Below are positions 1 through 13,899 of a stretch of DNA of 64,000 nucleotides, in pieces. The first letter of the stretch is position 1; every line of letters starts with the position of its first letter. Both the position numbers and the translations under genes were made by a program. The DNA is from the human T2T-CHM13v2.0 reference genome, Homo sapiens: assembly GCF_009914755.1 (NCBI RefSeq), contig NC_060932.1; one strand, given 5' to 3'. The notes under the pieces were generated by a model that was not told where the DNA came from, searched no databases, and saw only the letters and a program-made list of their open reading frames with translations.

Positions 1-1932
1 GTGTTATTTCTTTTTAAGTGGGGTAGATCCATGCAAGCCAGCACTTGAGAATAACTGCGAAAGCATTGAAGGAAGAGGCATGCGTTGGAAGCTTTAGCTA
101 GCAGCTTTGTTCTCTGACGACACTCTCACAGATTTATGGTATACTCATTCCTGGGGCATATTGCTCTTTTATATTTTATTATCACCTTCACTGGGGCAAT
201 AAGAGATTGGTGTGGCTTTTGGTTATGGCCTTCCGTAACCTGCATGTATGTAGTGTGTTGTCTACACTTGCTCAGCTGTCTTTGGTCAGCACTGATAAAG
301 AAGATCACTAAGGAAGATCACGCACTGCCTTTTCTTCTTTCAGCTTCCCCTCACTTTTTGCACCATTAAATTGAAGCCATGCAAAAATATTTCTAGTTTC
401 TTCTATAGAGCACTATTGCAGTAGGATTAAAGGTATATTATTAGATGAACCTTTCAAGACTATGTCTAGAAAAATCTGCATGCTGCCTGAGGCCAAGAGG
501 GCATGTATCTGTTCTATGTAAGCTTAAAATTTTGAGACATATTTCATTTTATTTGGCAGACATTGTTTATCTGATTGGTTGTTGATCACAACTGATTGTG
601 ATTTGCAGTTGTGGTAATTTTCTTCTCTGTTTTGTTTCATTTGGTTATTATCAGTGAGTTTTGAGGGAGGGGAGTAAAACAGCAATGCCACTGCCACATT
701 TGTAACATCAAGGGAAAACTTGAGAAAAGACAAAAACATCTTGTAATATATCTCAGTGAACACTCTGAATTTGCAATCTGTTAAATAAAAACAGTTCACT
801 ATGTAAGTTCCTTAGTCTACCTGTTCCAACTGGACTGCCTCTGTTTCAAAGTTACTTAGTACTTCTTCAATGAGACAAACTATTTATAAGGCCCTTAAGT
901 CTATTTCCAGAGAGTCGTTGCATTTACAAGCATACACTGTTATAAAATATTAATGAATTAGCACATTAAGTGCACATATTTACATATTAGATATATTAAT
1001 AATATAATAATTAATATATTATGTATAATTAATAGGTAAAAGAAGTATATATATTTACTCCTTTAATATTCTAATAAATAGATACATAGTAATTTATTTG
1101 ATCCATGCTCTATTGGTATAAAATTAGCTTGTCTTCAATATCCTTATAATATCACTATGTCTTTGTGCATTCTCTTGTTTATAAGTAATCTTGCATGCAA
1201 GTATTTCTGTAGGATAAATTTCATAACCTCACCATGGTGGTGTTGTCAAATGTTATTTTTAATACTTCATATGTAAGTACCTAACTATAAAAACTCCCTT
1301 AGAATTTTGTCATCTGTGGATTGTGGGGCAGATACTTTACAGAATAGGAAAAAAAAGACATAATAAAGACAAGAAAATAATATTGAAGTGGCCTACTTCA
1401 CAGTTAAAGTGTGAAAATAAAATTGCACCGACTTCCAAGGACATTAAAAAAAGCCCAAAGCGCAAACCTGATAAAGGCTACTTTTAAGCTCATGTCAACA
1501 ATATTGGCACTTTCAAGACACTTTTGAGTCATAATGGTTATTTGCAACAAATTGACAATTGCCAATGCCATGTGTGATTATGATATAACCTAAGGAGTAA
1601 CTTAACTTTATTTAGTAAGTGAAAAAATACCTCAGGGGTGTCGAGTTATCCCAGAAGAATTGAGGCAGTTAATTTAGACTCCACAAATAAACAGCTCCTA
1701 TTAGAAGACTTAATCCTCACAAAGTATTCATTTTTTGAAAAATTCTCACTTATGACAGTTACAGGGAAGTCTCAGCTAGAGTTGCTTGCAAGTTTAACTG
1801 AAATCATTCCCCTGCAAGAAGGAAAATGTAAAATGGCTTGAAAAACGGCAGTTATAAGAATGTCGAATGCATTTCAAATGTTGGTAGCAATGCTTTATTG
1901 AAGGTTAGGAACTGGGCCCATCCTATGAGTAA

Positions 1933-2088
1933 TTTTTTTCTTTTTCTTTTTGAGACAGTGTCTCACTCTGGAGTACAGTGGTGCAACCATAGTTTATTAC
2001 AGCCTCCAACTCCTGGGCTTAAGCAATCCTCCCCTTCCATTGTCCTGAGTAGCTAGGACTATAGTCACGTGCCGCCACTATTGGCTAA
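1933..2088 (-). mobile_element. Old Alu monomer (FRAM/AluJ right-arm-like)
   Basis: T-tract followed by gagacagtgtctcactct...agcctccaactcctgggcttaagcaatcctcc...agtagctaggacta; single diverged monomer. Confidence 0.8.
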
Positions 2089-2288
2089 GTGTTTTTTTCA
2101 TAATGGTTCATGATGGTTGGGGATTTCAGATGAAATTTAAACTGGATAATTACTAACCACAGCTGCCAACCAGTATACTGCACTGAAAGGTAACTAGCAG
2201 TTTGCTATATGGAGAAGTCACACCAAAGCACAGAGAAGTGACACTGGTTGTGTGTTTTCATGTTGTGGTGGTGGTTATTGAAAAGTTA

Positions 2289-2609
<321 letters not shown>

Positions 2610-2779
2610 GAAAAGTTATTTTGAGGTGCTTTCAGAACACTGGTGTAGGAGTCTACTAACCCTCCCAATATTACTTTTCATATAAATACATGTATTCAAG
2701 TATAACTTGTAATTTCAAAATAAAAATAAATCAACTTGTGGTATAAGTGCAAAGAAATCATTCATACATTTACAGAGAG

Positions 2780-2990
2780 AAGAAAAATAACACTCATGAA
2801 GAGCCTACTGTGTGAAAGCAAGCTTTAGATACTTTACTTTTGCTATCTAGGTTTAAGTCTTTATAAAAAGTAACCCATGAGGCAATTATTATTATTTCCA
2901 TTGTATAGATGAAGAAATTAAAGTTTCCTTGTTAAGGTTTAAACCGTAACAAATGTAAACTCTAAGCAGAACTTGAACTCTAGCCATCAT
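2780..2990 (+). mobile_element. MIR-like SINE fragment
   Basis: MIR core-like aacccatgaggcaattattattatttccattgtatagatgaagaaatt. Confidence 0.55.
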
Positions 2991-4174
2991 AAACTGCATT
3001 CATTCAATAAGGATTCAGTACATCTCATTCATAATGATGAGGAACGTCCATTTTATTCCTTCAAAAAGCAGTAGACAAACTTATAATTCAGTTTTGCATC
3101 CATATTTTCATAGTTTAAATTTTTCTAAGTAATGGCCAGTCTTCATAATAATTTTGATTTTTCCAAGAGAGTGAATTTACTAAGAAAGATTTACTAATGT
3201 TTAATATTAGTAAATATTTCTTTTGTGCAACACATTCTCCTTGGAATTGTGAAATTATGTATAGCTTATCAGTATATTAGGATAAATAATGGTCAATTTG
3301 AAGTATAATGTAATATAGGATAACTTATCTGAAGTTGCTATCCACTGGCCAATGGAAAGTTCTATTGATTAGATTCTATTTTCTGGCTATATCACATTCC
3401 AGTTACAGTATCATTTGGGCAGGCTGTGTTCGAGTATGCGGTTGGTAGACTGGACACTTAGCTACTATATCAGTTACTAGACCAGTGTCATGAGGTGATG
3501 TCTATAGTTGCTGAATCCAGGTATTATTTCCATCCCTGAACACATGGCCACTTTGTTCATTAGCTCATTGAGCAAACACTGATGTGGCTGAAGAAAGAAA
3601 TTTAGTGATATCTAAAGGACGGGGCATCTTGTTCACTTGGCTTTAGAGGAAACAGGTATGGACTCGTTGGTAGTTACTCAAATGGCATACAAGTATTTTC
3701 ACACCCTGGGTCTAAGAGATTCATTCATATAACTCTCCCTAAAACCTACTTGGCACTAGTTTTCTAATATGTTCCTTCAAAACAACTGACTATTGAGCAA
3801 ACCAGTAACCACTGATCATGGATCATGACTGATTCATATCTTAGTGTCTTTTGTTCTGAGCAATGTAGATAACCAGATATAAAATTTGAAGTTTGGAGGT
3901 TTCTCATTCCTCAGTGTCTTCAGGGCCTCATATGAGTGAAACTGAAATGATGCAACTTAGGACAGGTGTCTGCACATTGTATAGTAATGTATACAAATGG
4001 CTTAAATAGTTCATATAGATTTCCTGTGAAGAGTGGGTGAAGAAGAGTTGGCCTGCAGGAGCATTATGTATTTCAGGAGTATGGGTCAGCTGCTTCAGCA
4101 ACTTAAAGGACCATTCAGGGCTTACTGTAATCCAACTCATGTATATTCTTTTACTAGATGCTGACATGCTGCTG

Positions 4175-4176
<2 letters not shown>

Positions 4177-4220
<44 letters not shown>
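4177..4220. repeat. (CA)22 microsatellite
   Basis: Perfect CA run. Confidence 0.98.
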
Positions 4221-4222
<2 letters not shown>

Positions 4223-4696
4223 ATTTGAATTAGAGCTTTGGTCTTCTGTTTACATGAAGTACTCGGTGGTTTTCCAGGTTATATCATTACCCAATAGCAA
4301 ACCAGTAATTATTTCTTTGAATGAGAAAGGAAGTGTATTAGAAAGTACAATTCATTTCAAAATTGTAGGACTGTGATTTTTCTATGGGCTTTTAAGCAAG
4401 CTCCATAGAACATCCTGATCTGCCACAACCCAGTGAGCATCATTGGATCACCTGGATCATAAAAGCAGGGTGACAGAATTCTTGATATAAGAGGCTGAAC
4501 CAGTCAGAGAATCCTCTCAGGATCTGGCCCAACTCAAGGATGATAGCTTTATTGGTTTCTTGATAAATACAATACAATAACATACCATATATACAATAAA
4601 ACCTGACAAACATTAGCTGATTTTTAGTTAAAGGAGATATGAGAAACAACTTGTCTTTCACTTCTAAGAGAGTATCATAACATGCTTCAGACAACT

Positions 4697-4741
4697 GGAA
4701 TCCCCTAACACTTCATTGAGGGAATCCCCTAACACTTCATT
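4697..4741. repeat. 21-bp direct duplication (period 24)
   Basis: ggaatcccctaacacttcatt at 4697-4717 and 4721-4741. Confidence 0.9.
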
Positions 4742-4989
4742 CATCGCTGGTTTTGTGAGGTTTATGTCCCACTCTCAGGCATGCATGTTTTGTACTAACT
4801 AGGGTGGCTACCATATCCTGATGTATAAGGCCTTTCTACATGTTGTCATCACTGAAATGAATCAGTGGAATGCCACGTGGAATGGTAGTGTGAATATCTT
4901 GACAGAGTTGGAGAGTTCCTATGAAACCAATTCAAGGTGGTCAGGTGAAAAAATATATGCAGTCAATTATTATAAAGGGAAAACCCCTG

Positions 4990-5292
4990 TCCCAGGAATG
5001 GTGGATCAGGCCTGTAATCCCAGGACTTTGGGAGGCTGTGGCAGGCAGATCACTTGAGGTCAGGAGTTCAAGACCAGCCTGGCCAACATGGCAAAACCCC
5101 ATCTCTACTAAAAATACAAAAATTAGCCAGGTGTGTTGGCATTCACCTGTGATCCCAGCTACTGAGGAAGCTGAGGCACGAGAATCGCTTTAACCAGGGA
5201 GGTGGGGGCTGCAGTAAGCTGAGATTGTGCCACTGTACAACCTGGGTGACAGAGCAAGACTTTGTCTCAAAAAAATAAAAATAAAAATAAAA
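4990..5292 (+). mobile_element. AluS (Sx/Sz-like)
   Basis: Dimeric Alu with A-rich tail; degenerate TSD aaagggaaaacccc / aaaggcaagcccc. Confidence 0.93.
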
Positions 5293-5774
5293 GGCAAGCC
5301 CCAAACACACAGTGTAGCTGCCAGTTTCTTAGTCATACATACATCAGGTACCAAAAGTAGCACAGATGAAGACCAGTAAATAGTCTACATATGAATAGTA
5401 GCTGCAATTGTAAATGCTTCCTGATTGAGTTTATGTGTTTGAAATACTTCATAATCCACACCACATCAAATTTTTTTTAAATAATGACGAATTAATGCAA
5501 AAACAGCAATTTAAGTTTCTCTCCTGAAAGGAGAAGCCATTTAAATCAGCATGGTGCAATGGCTCATGAGTATATTTTGATAGAATTATTGGGTAGTCTT
5601 ACTTGGCAATACACAATTTCGATTTGCATAATTAGCTAATAGATTTGCACTTTATGTCAAATGCTGTTACAGAAATGAGACTGTAGAGTTGATAAAGCCA
5701 TCTCTTTAATATGAATCCAGGCAATTATTTCAGCTTAAATCAATAAATGCAACTCCAGCCCCCTTTATTTCAGG

Positions 5775-6330
5775 ACTGACTATACTCTAGAGGCTACGAA
5801 GTCTAAAATTCCTGGACCTCCTTACAGTTTATGTCCTACATGTATTCCAGCTCCTCCCAAGCTGATGTTTCCTTGTGGAAACATAAAAAGTTGAAATGAT
5901 ATGAAGATTCTGTGGCTTCCATTGTTTTTGCTTGCAGGTATTTTCATGGATGCATGTGGTTATTTCAGTAGCATTAGAACGGATAGTTTAGTGTTCAATC
6001 CCTAGCTTAGTGGGCATTGGACATCAGTTTTGCTGGAAATGTCAACACTGAGAATTTGTTATCCTGGAGATTATACTTAGATTTCCTGATCCCTGGATCT
6101 TAGTAGAGGTTGAGTCATTAGTTGGGGCAGCAGCTTTTCTATTTCCTAGCATTTGAACTGAAGCAGAGAGAACTTTCTTTAGAAGGCCAGTTCTGTATCA
6201 TTCTAGGAATCAACCTGGAAACTCAGTTTGGAGCCTTCATCCCTAGCCATTTCAAACTATTTGTAAATAACCAATTTTCTTTATTAATCTTTTTCCTCTT
6301 AGATTTTTTAAATGCCAGTCTTCTTAGTGC
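5775..6330 (+). mobile_element. Possible old ERV-L LTR (LTR16/LTR33-like)
   Basis: LTR-like segment ending aactatttgtaaataaccaatt... next to the ERV-L pol; weak recognition. Confidence 0.35.
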
Positions 6331-9300
6331 ATATTATCAAGTGAATAATTTTATTTGATTTTCATTTTTATTCCCTTTTAAGCAATTAACGTGATATCTT
6401 TCTTCCATTTTATTTTAAATAATTTCATCCACTAATCAACAAGAAGTATGCACATGAAAATATTTTATGCTTGGAAACCAAAAAGTATAATGAATAGACA
6501 ACATTTGCAAACATGAATAACATTCTACCTGGTAAACATTTTCATGAATGTCTTCAAATAGGCAGCCAGTGTAGATAAAATTCTTGGCAAAGAAAGTTTA
6601 AAAAGGAGTGTTAGTAGCAGCTGGCCTATGGAACATTTGCAAGAACATTTGTGAATTTACACTGGGCCCAAAACAAACATTTGTTTTGCCATAATTATTG
6701 AAATAAACATTTTAATTTAGGTAATGTTTGACACCAAAACAAGTGTCTTCAAATAAAGTAATATTTAGGAAAGCAAGACTCATGCAAATATGTTTCTTTG
6801 CTAAGTAAATATTTTATTTTTTAGGTTTTTGCCAATGCAGGTGTTAATGTACATGTTAGGTAAGGTGTGGGTGTCCTTCTTCATCATAGTATAAGGCACA
6901 TAACTCTTCCTTCTTCTTTAGTTATTTCTATAATACAGTAGGAAAAAATGGTTCTGTAAAAAAATATACACAATATAATTACAAATAAGACACATATTTA
7001 TCTTAACCTACATTGAAATGTCTTTGCTAAATAGAGTTATAAAATCAAATTTGCTCCTGGTAATAATATTTTTCTGTAAGGGCTGGGTGATAAAGAACTT
7101 TTCAATTATATGAAACATAACATTTACAACTGTGATAATACCTTAACTTTAATTGTTTATCCTTCAAAATACATAAATATTGTTTTATAAAATGTATTTG
7201 GCCATTATATCTATCTTACCTCAAACTCCATCTGAGGACATTTTACACAGTACAACTAATGAAAATTGAGTTCCTGAAAGGGGCTTCTGGGTCTGAATGC
7301 ATGACTGAATTTTTTTGTTTGGGAGCTATAGGTAAAAGCCCTACCAATTAACCATACTGAGGCTTAGGAAAGGGTCAATGTATGTGTAGCTCCTTCGTAT
7401 TCTCAGTCTTATCCCCCAACCTATTCCACAGGTCATCCTGGGAATAAGAGTATAGCTAGGTCAAGGAACATGTGAAGAAATTTTACAAATAAAAAGCAGA
7501 ATCTCTAAAAATGGTAATGAACTAAGCAGGGGCTGATACCATGGTGTAAATTCAGAACCAAGTAGTCACCTTTTGCTAACTAAGAAAGTCCAGAAAACAC
7601 TCATGTCATTGAAGAGTTAATGGGAAATACTTCTCATTCCAGAATTTTATAGTTAGCTAAACTATCATCAACAATGAGTATATGGTAACAAAATAAACAA
7701 ACAAGCAAAAGCTATGGGGATTTACCACTTCAATGAAATATTTCCAAAAGGTTAAACTTCTAACAGGAGGAAATGAACACAGGTAAAATCAGGAGAATAT
7801 AACCACCCCAAAAAAGTGAGTGAATTTTCATGGTAAGTTTCAATAACTATGTACTGTCAAATAATAACAAAGTCTATATATCATACATGAAACAAAAATT
7901 CTAGGTATAAATAATCAAGAATATGTGGTTGAATAATTCTGTGATATGTAAAGTATGAAAAGATTCTTGTTATGTTTAGCAGCAAAATACAGTTATTAAA
8001 TAACTATATATTAGAAAGTATGTGTGCATGGGCATGTATGTGTGTGTAGATTACCACTGGAAAAATTTGAAAATATAATGTGTAGCTTGTGTTTAAAAGA
8101 AAAGAATGTGGATAAGAGAAAGTAGGAAAGTAGAAATAATCAAAGACTCAAAAAATGTATGGTAAGAAGAAAAGTAAAATCAAAAGAAGATGATAAAGAT
8201 ATCTGCTCTGGAGTATAAGGTCCTCAAATTCTAAAAGCAACCATTCAGCCTGCAAGGAAAAGTCTACAATATGAAAGTATAATACAAAAGCAATTATATG
8301 AAGGTACCAGAAAGTGAATAGAATTGGAGAAAACTGAACAAGTGAGTTGCATCTTGGTAGTTTTTAGCCTGGGCTAATTAAAGGTGGCATGGCATGACAA
8401 TGGCAGCAGAGTTATTGATGAAAGACATGCCAGTGATGGAGTTGGATAAACTGTAATCTTTAAGCCCTGGGCCAACAGAAAACTGAAATCAGGGAAAAGA
8501 TGATTGCTGAAGAGAGCAGTAAAATTTCAAGAAGAATATATCCAGAATAGACATCCCCAAATTATGTCTATGTAGAGCTCTGATTCATCTCTGAGCCATG
8601 CTTGAGCTAAACAGACCCAGAGCTACTCAACAAAAGACAAAGATCTCATTTGAGAATGGAATTGTGACTAAGAAGCAGTTTTGCAATTAAAGCCAGTCAA
8701 ACTAAACCTAAGGAATAAACACTCATTAAAAAACAAAAACAAAATAAAAACAGAATTCAACTATCTACAACATAATGTCCATAATGTCTAGTACATCATT
8801 CAAATTTATACAACAAGTGAATACAGAAAATGGGACACAGTCTCAAAAATCAAGAAAAAAAATTGAACCAAATATTTATATCAGTCAGATGAAAGACTTC
8901 CGAAAGAGAAGTTTTCAAGTTGCTTTTGTGACTATGCAAATAAAATCAGATAAAATATGATCACAATGAATACAAATATAGGATATTTCAGCAGATAAAT
9001 ATAAACAATTTAAAATATCCAAATTAAATCTTGGGACTAGACTATGTGTTAACTAAAATGAAAAAAATAATAATTGTATGGACTTAACTGCAAAATAGAA
9101 GGAAGAGTCAATGATCTTGAACATTGATTACTAAAAAAATAGAAAGTGAAGAAAAGAGAGAAAAAATTGTAAATATTATGAGAAGAGAAGAGAGACTCAG
9201 AGACCTTTTTAATAGTTTCACATGGTCTAACATACATATAATTGGATCCTGGATGGGAAAAGAGAAAGAATGAGTCAGAAAATAATATTTGAAGTAATAT

Positions 9301-10202
9301 TATATAAAAATCTCCTAAATTTAATGAAGAATAGAAATGTACTAATACAAGATGATTTATAAGCACATGTAGAATAAAACCAAAAAAGAATTGTGTGAAA
9401 TGAAATTGCTGAAAGGTAAATGTTGAGAGCTAATCTTGAAAGCTTCAAGAGAAAAATGGCATGTTACAGGTAAGAAAACAATAAACTAATGAATGTCTGG
9501 GCTTTTAACAAGAAATCATTAAGGCCCCCCAAAAGGAATGTCTTTAAAGTGCTGAAAGAAAACAAAGTTAAATCAGAATTTGATATTTAGCAAAAATATC
9601 CTTTAAAAATAAATGTGTAGTAAAGATATTTTTAGGTGAAAGAAAACTAAGATAATTCATTGTGATCAGACCTGCACAAGTAATGAGAAGGAAAATTATT
9701 CAGGTGTATGGAAAATGACACAACTGGAAACTCAAATTTTCCAATATAGTAAATAAATAAATATCATCTGAAATATTTAATGCAAAAAGCATTTTTTGCC
9801 TTTTTCCTCCTAACTACTTTATAAATCATATAATTCTTGGAAGCCAAATTGTGTAGTGTCTATATAAACTGCAACATAAAAGATGGGAGGATACGAACTT
9901 ATCCTCTATATTTTTGCAAAATTACAGCACTTCATGCAAAGCACTGCAATAAGAATTATAAATAAATTGTGAAAAGTTAAGGATGTATATAGTATTATCT
10001 CAGACAATCACTAAACTTACAAACAAAAAACAATAAGGTATATCTAGCAAAATAGGAAAATTAAAACTAGAATTCTAGAGATAATTCATAAAAGGACAAA
10101 AATGGCAGAACAGCAAATCAAAAATAGAAGAGACAAATGAAAAATTATAATAAATTATAGACTTAAATCTAATCATTTCAATGATTACATTAATTGAAAA
10201 TG

Positions 10203-11327
10203 GAGCATGGGCTACATTTCCATCTATTGGTAGCTTACTTAATTCCTTTCATCAGTGTTTTATAGTTCTCAGTGTACAAATCTTTTGGATTTTTGGTTAA
10301 ATTTATTCTTAAGTACTTTATTCTTTTTGATGCTATTGTAAAAGATTTTTTAATTTTTCTCATTGATCATAATAGTCATAAACATGACTAATTTATGTAT
10401 GTTGCTATTGAGTTTGTACCCTGCTGCTTTACTGAATTCAATTATTAGTGCAAATACATTTTGGTAGGATCCTTTGAGTTTTCTACATATAGAATCATGT
10501 CATCCATAAACTTGGATAGTTTTACTTCTTTTGTGATTTGGACGACTTTTATTTGTTTTTCTTGTCTGATTGTTTATGCTAGTACTTCCAGTACCATGTT
10601 AATAGATGAGGTGAGAGTGGGCATCCTTGCCTTATACCAATCTTAAAGCAAAAGCTTTCATATTTTCCCTATTCATTATGATATTATTTGTGGGCTTTTC
10701 ATAAACGGTCTTTACTATGTTGAGAACATTTCCTTTTATACCTTTTCACTGAGAGTTTTTAGCATGCAGAGATGTTAAACTTTTTCAAATGCTTTTTTTT
10801 TGCATCTATTGAGATGACTATATGGTTTCGTTTTTCATTCTGATAATGTGATGTATCACATTATTTGATCTGCATATGTTATAAGCCAGCCTTGCATTAC
10901 CTAATATTGTTAAAATACCCATATTACCCAAAGCAACATACAGATACAATCCAACCCCTACAAGCAAAACAGCAAGCTACAGGCACAAAGCTGACATAGA
11001 TACCAATGGAAGAGAATAGAAAGCCCAGAAATAAATCTGCTTATATATGGTCAACTGATATTTCACATGTATACCCAGAACACACAATGGGGAAAGGATA
11101 GACATTTCAGTAAATGGTATTGGAAAAACTAAATATCCGCATGCAGAAGAATAAATTTGTGCACTCATCTCACACCAAACACAATAAACTCAAATTGAAT
11201 TGAAGATCTAACTAAAAGACCTGAAACCATTGCACTCCTAGAAGAAAACACAAGGGAAAATTTATTTGATATTGGCTTTGCAATAATTTTTTTTTAATAT
11301 GGTGCCAAAAACTCAAGCAACAAAAAC

Positions 11328-11373
<46 letters not shown>

Positions 11374-12485
11374 ACATCAAACTAAAAATCTTCTACACAG
11401 CCAAGGAAACAATTATCAAAAATAAAAGGCAACCTACAGATTGGGTGAAAATATTGGGAAAATATGTATCTAATGAGTGGTTAATATCAAGATACATAAG
11501 GAACTTGTAGAACTCAATAGCAAAAAAAAAAAAAAAAAAAATTAAAAATGGGCAAAGGACCTGAGTAGACATTTTCCCGAAGAAGACATAAAAATGGCCA
11601 ACAGTTATATAAAAAGGTGCTCAACATCACTAATCAAAACTATGAGACATCAATTCACAACTGTTAGAATGGCTATTACCAGAAATACAAGAGAGAACTG
11701 CAGGCAAGGGTGTGGAGAAAAGGGAACTCTTGTACACTGTTGTTGGTAATGTAAATTAGTATAGCCATTATGTAATAACAGTATGATTGTCCCTCAAAAA
11801 TTAATTAGAATTACCATATGACCCAGTAGTTTTTCTGAGGTCTATATACCTAAAAGGGATTACATTAGCACCTGGAGAGATATCTGAGCTCCCATGTTAA
11901 TTGCAGCATTATTGGTAATAGCCAAGGTACAGAAAAAAACCTAAATGCCCATCAACAGATACATGAAGAAAGAAATGTATACATTGTGGTACATATATAA
12001 ATGCACAATGGAATATGATTTAGCCTTAAGAATGAAGGAGATCCTGTCATTTGCAATGACAAGGATCAAATGGAGAAAATATGCTAAGTGAAATAGTATA
12101 GGAACAAAGATACAAATGCTGCATGATCCCATTTTTATGTGAAATCAAAAAAAAAAAGCTGAATACATAAAAATAGAAGAATAGTGGTTAAAACAGGGTA
12201 GAGGGCAAATGCGGAGATGTAGGTCAGATGGTACAAATTAGCAATTTTGTAGGAGGAATAAGTCTAGAAATCTAATGTACTGCAGGAGGATTACAGATAA
12301 TAATATTGTATTGTATATTAAAAATTTGCTAAGAGAGTAGCTTTTAGGTGCTTTTACCACTAGAAGAAAAAGAGGTAACTATGAAAGTTAATGAATATGT
12401 TAATTTGCTTATCTGTAGTATATAAACCTCATGTTTTATATCTTAAATATATACCTTAAAAATAGTGTTACTTAAAAAAAAGAAA
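10203..12485 (+). mobile_element. 5'-truncated L1MA with 5' inversion (10203-10900 inverted; 10901-12485 sense with 3'UTR and A-tail)
   Basis: Inverted arm spans ORF2 from MQGW to KWK..PCS; sense arm starts at NIVK..ILPK; degenerate TSD gaaaatggagca (10196-10207) / gacaatagagca (12486-12497). Confidence 0.85.
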
Positions 12486-12636
12486 GACAATAGAGCAAAC
12501 ATTTCAATTAAAATTTAAAAATAGTCTTAGTGGATTAAAAACAACAAACAAAACTATATGCACTTTTCAAGAGAGGTGCTTAAAGTTTAAAGATACAGAT
12601 AGGCTGAAAGTAAATTCATAGAGAAAGTTTATCATA

Positions 12637-13029
12637 TATTATTGGCCAAATTGTGTTCTCCCGAATTCATATGTTGAAGTCCCATTCCCCATAGCTCAGT
12701 GTAATAATATTTGTAGAGAAGGTATTCAAACAGATGGTTAAGTTAAATAATACAATTTGAGAGGAACCTAATCTAATCTGTGTACTTACAAGAAGAAAAG
12801 ATTGGGATGAACAGGAGAGGCACCAGGGATGTTGCACACGGAGAAAATATCTTGTGAAGAGGCTGCTAGAATGCAGCCATCTGTAAGCCAGAGTGAGGCC
12901 GCAGAGGAAACCAACCCTGCCAGCATCTCGATCTTGGATTAGCATCCAAAACTGTGAGAACATGAATTTCTATTGTTGAAGGAACCAGTCCATGGTATTT
13001 TTCTATGGCAATTCTAGGAAATGAATACA
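12637..13029 (+). mobile_element. MLT1A/B-type MaLR solo LTR
   Basis: aattgtgttctcccgaattcatatgttgaagtcc...gaaaccaaccctgccagcatctcgatcttgga...ctaggaaatgaataca. Confidence 0.85.
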
Positions 13030-13899
13030 ATGTACCAACACTAAGCCATGAAAATGCTGATGTCACCAGAAAAACACTGAATGGTTGCAATTTAAAAATA
13101 TACTTATAAATAATCACCATAGGTCATGGAATAAATTACAAGAGAAACTGAAAAAATACTTTGATCTGAGTGAAGATGAACATCTAACCTGTGAAAATTT
13201 GTGAAATGCTGCTAAATCGGTGTTTATATTAAAAAAAGATAAATATACAAAGTCAGAGTTCACACCTTAAGAAACTGGAAAAAGAGGAAAAATTTAAACC
13301 CAAAGAACAAAATAGAGAAAAGTAATTAAACCAAAATCGTTTTTCTTTTTTTTTTTTGTTTTTAAAGATCAAGAACATAAATAAGTATCTGGACAGTCAG
13401 TTCTGGAAAAGAACACAGAAACCACAAATTGTCAATATCAAGAATGAAACAGGAAACATCATTACATCTCCTACTGACCTTAAAAGGAAAAAAGAGGATA
13501 TCATAAACAATTTTATGCTAATAAATATGACAACTTGTGGAAATGCACAAACCCTTAGAAATTTTAAAAGATTACAGATATAAACATAAAACACTAATAA
13601 CCCTATGTCAATTAAAGATGTTGAATTTTTAAATTATCTACCCTACCACACACAACCACATAAATGAACATAATACCAATACCTCCGCAAAATTTGTTCA
13701 GAAAATAAAGGAGGAAAGTCTTCTCAAACCATTTTATTACAGCAATATTAGGCTAAAAACAAAACTGAAAATATCACAAGAAAGAGAATCACAGAACAAT
13801 ATCCCTCATGAACATTAACATTAAACTCTGAATCAAAATTAGCAAATTGGATACAGTAATACATAAAAGTGATCCTTCATCATGAACAAGTGGTTTTTT

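Larger units (their letters stand above)
3380..5760 (-). mobile_element. pol: Degenerate ERV-L (class III) pol fragment, RT to integrase N-terminus
   Basis: Minus-strand translation near 3440-3640 reads QVNKM..SATSVFAQ*ANEQSGH..RDG..W.QQ..AKCPVYQ, matching the ERV-L integrase zinc-finger region; RT-like AFIDL near 5735-5755; many stops; interrupted by (CA)n and an Alu. Confidence 0.7.
8190..13890 (+). mobile_element. Ancient L1M (5' region, ORF1, start of ORF2), degenerate; host to the L1MA and MLT1 insertions
   Basis: A-rich ORF1-like sequence about 8760-9720; ORF2 start (ITL..NG.N..IK) split at 10207/12487; ORF2 remnants to catcatgaacaagtgg near 13890. Confidence 0.7.

Noticed and set aside
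524-799. 91-aa ORF in unique sequence as a possible exon
   Set aside because: No recognisable domain and no supportable splice or promoter context
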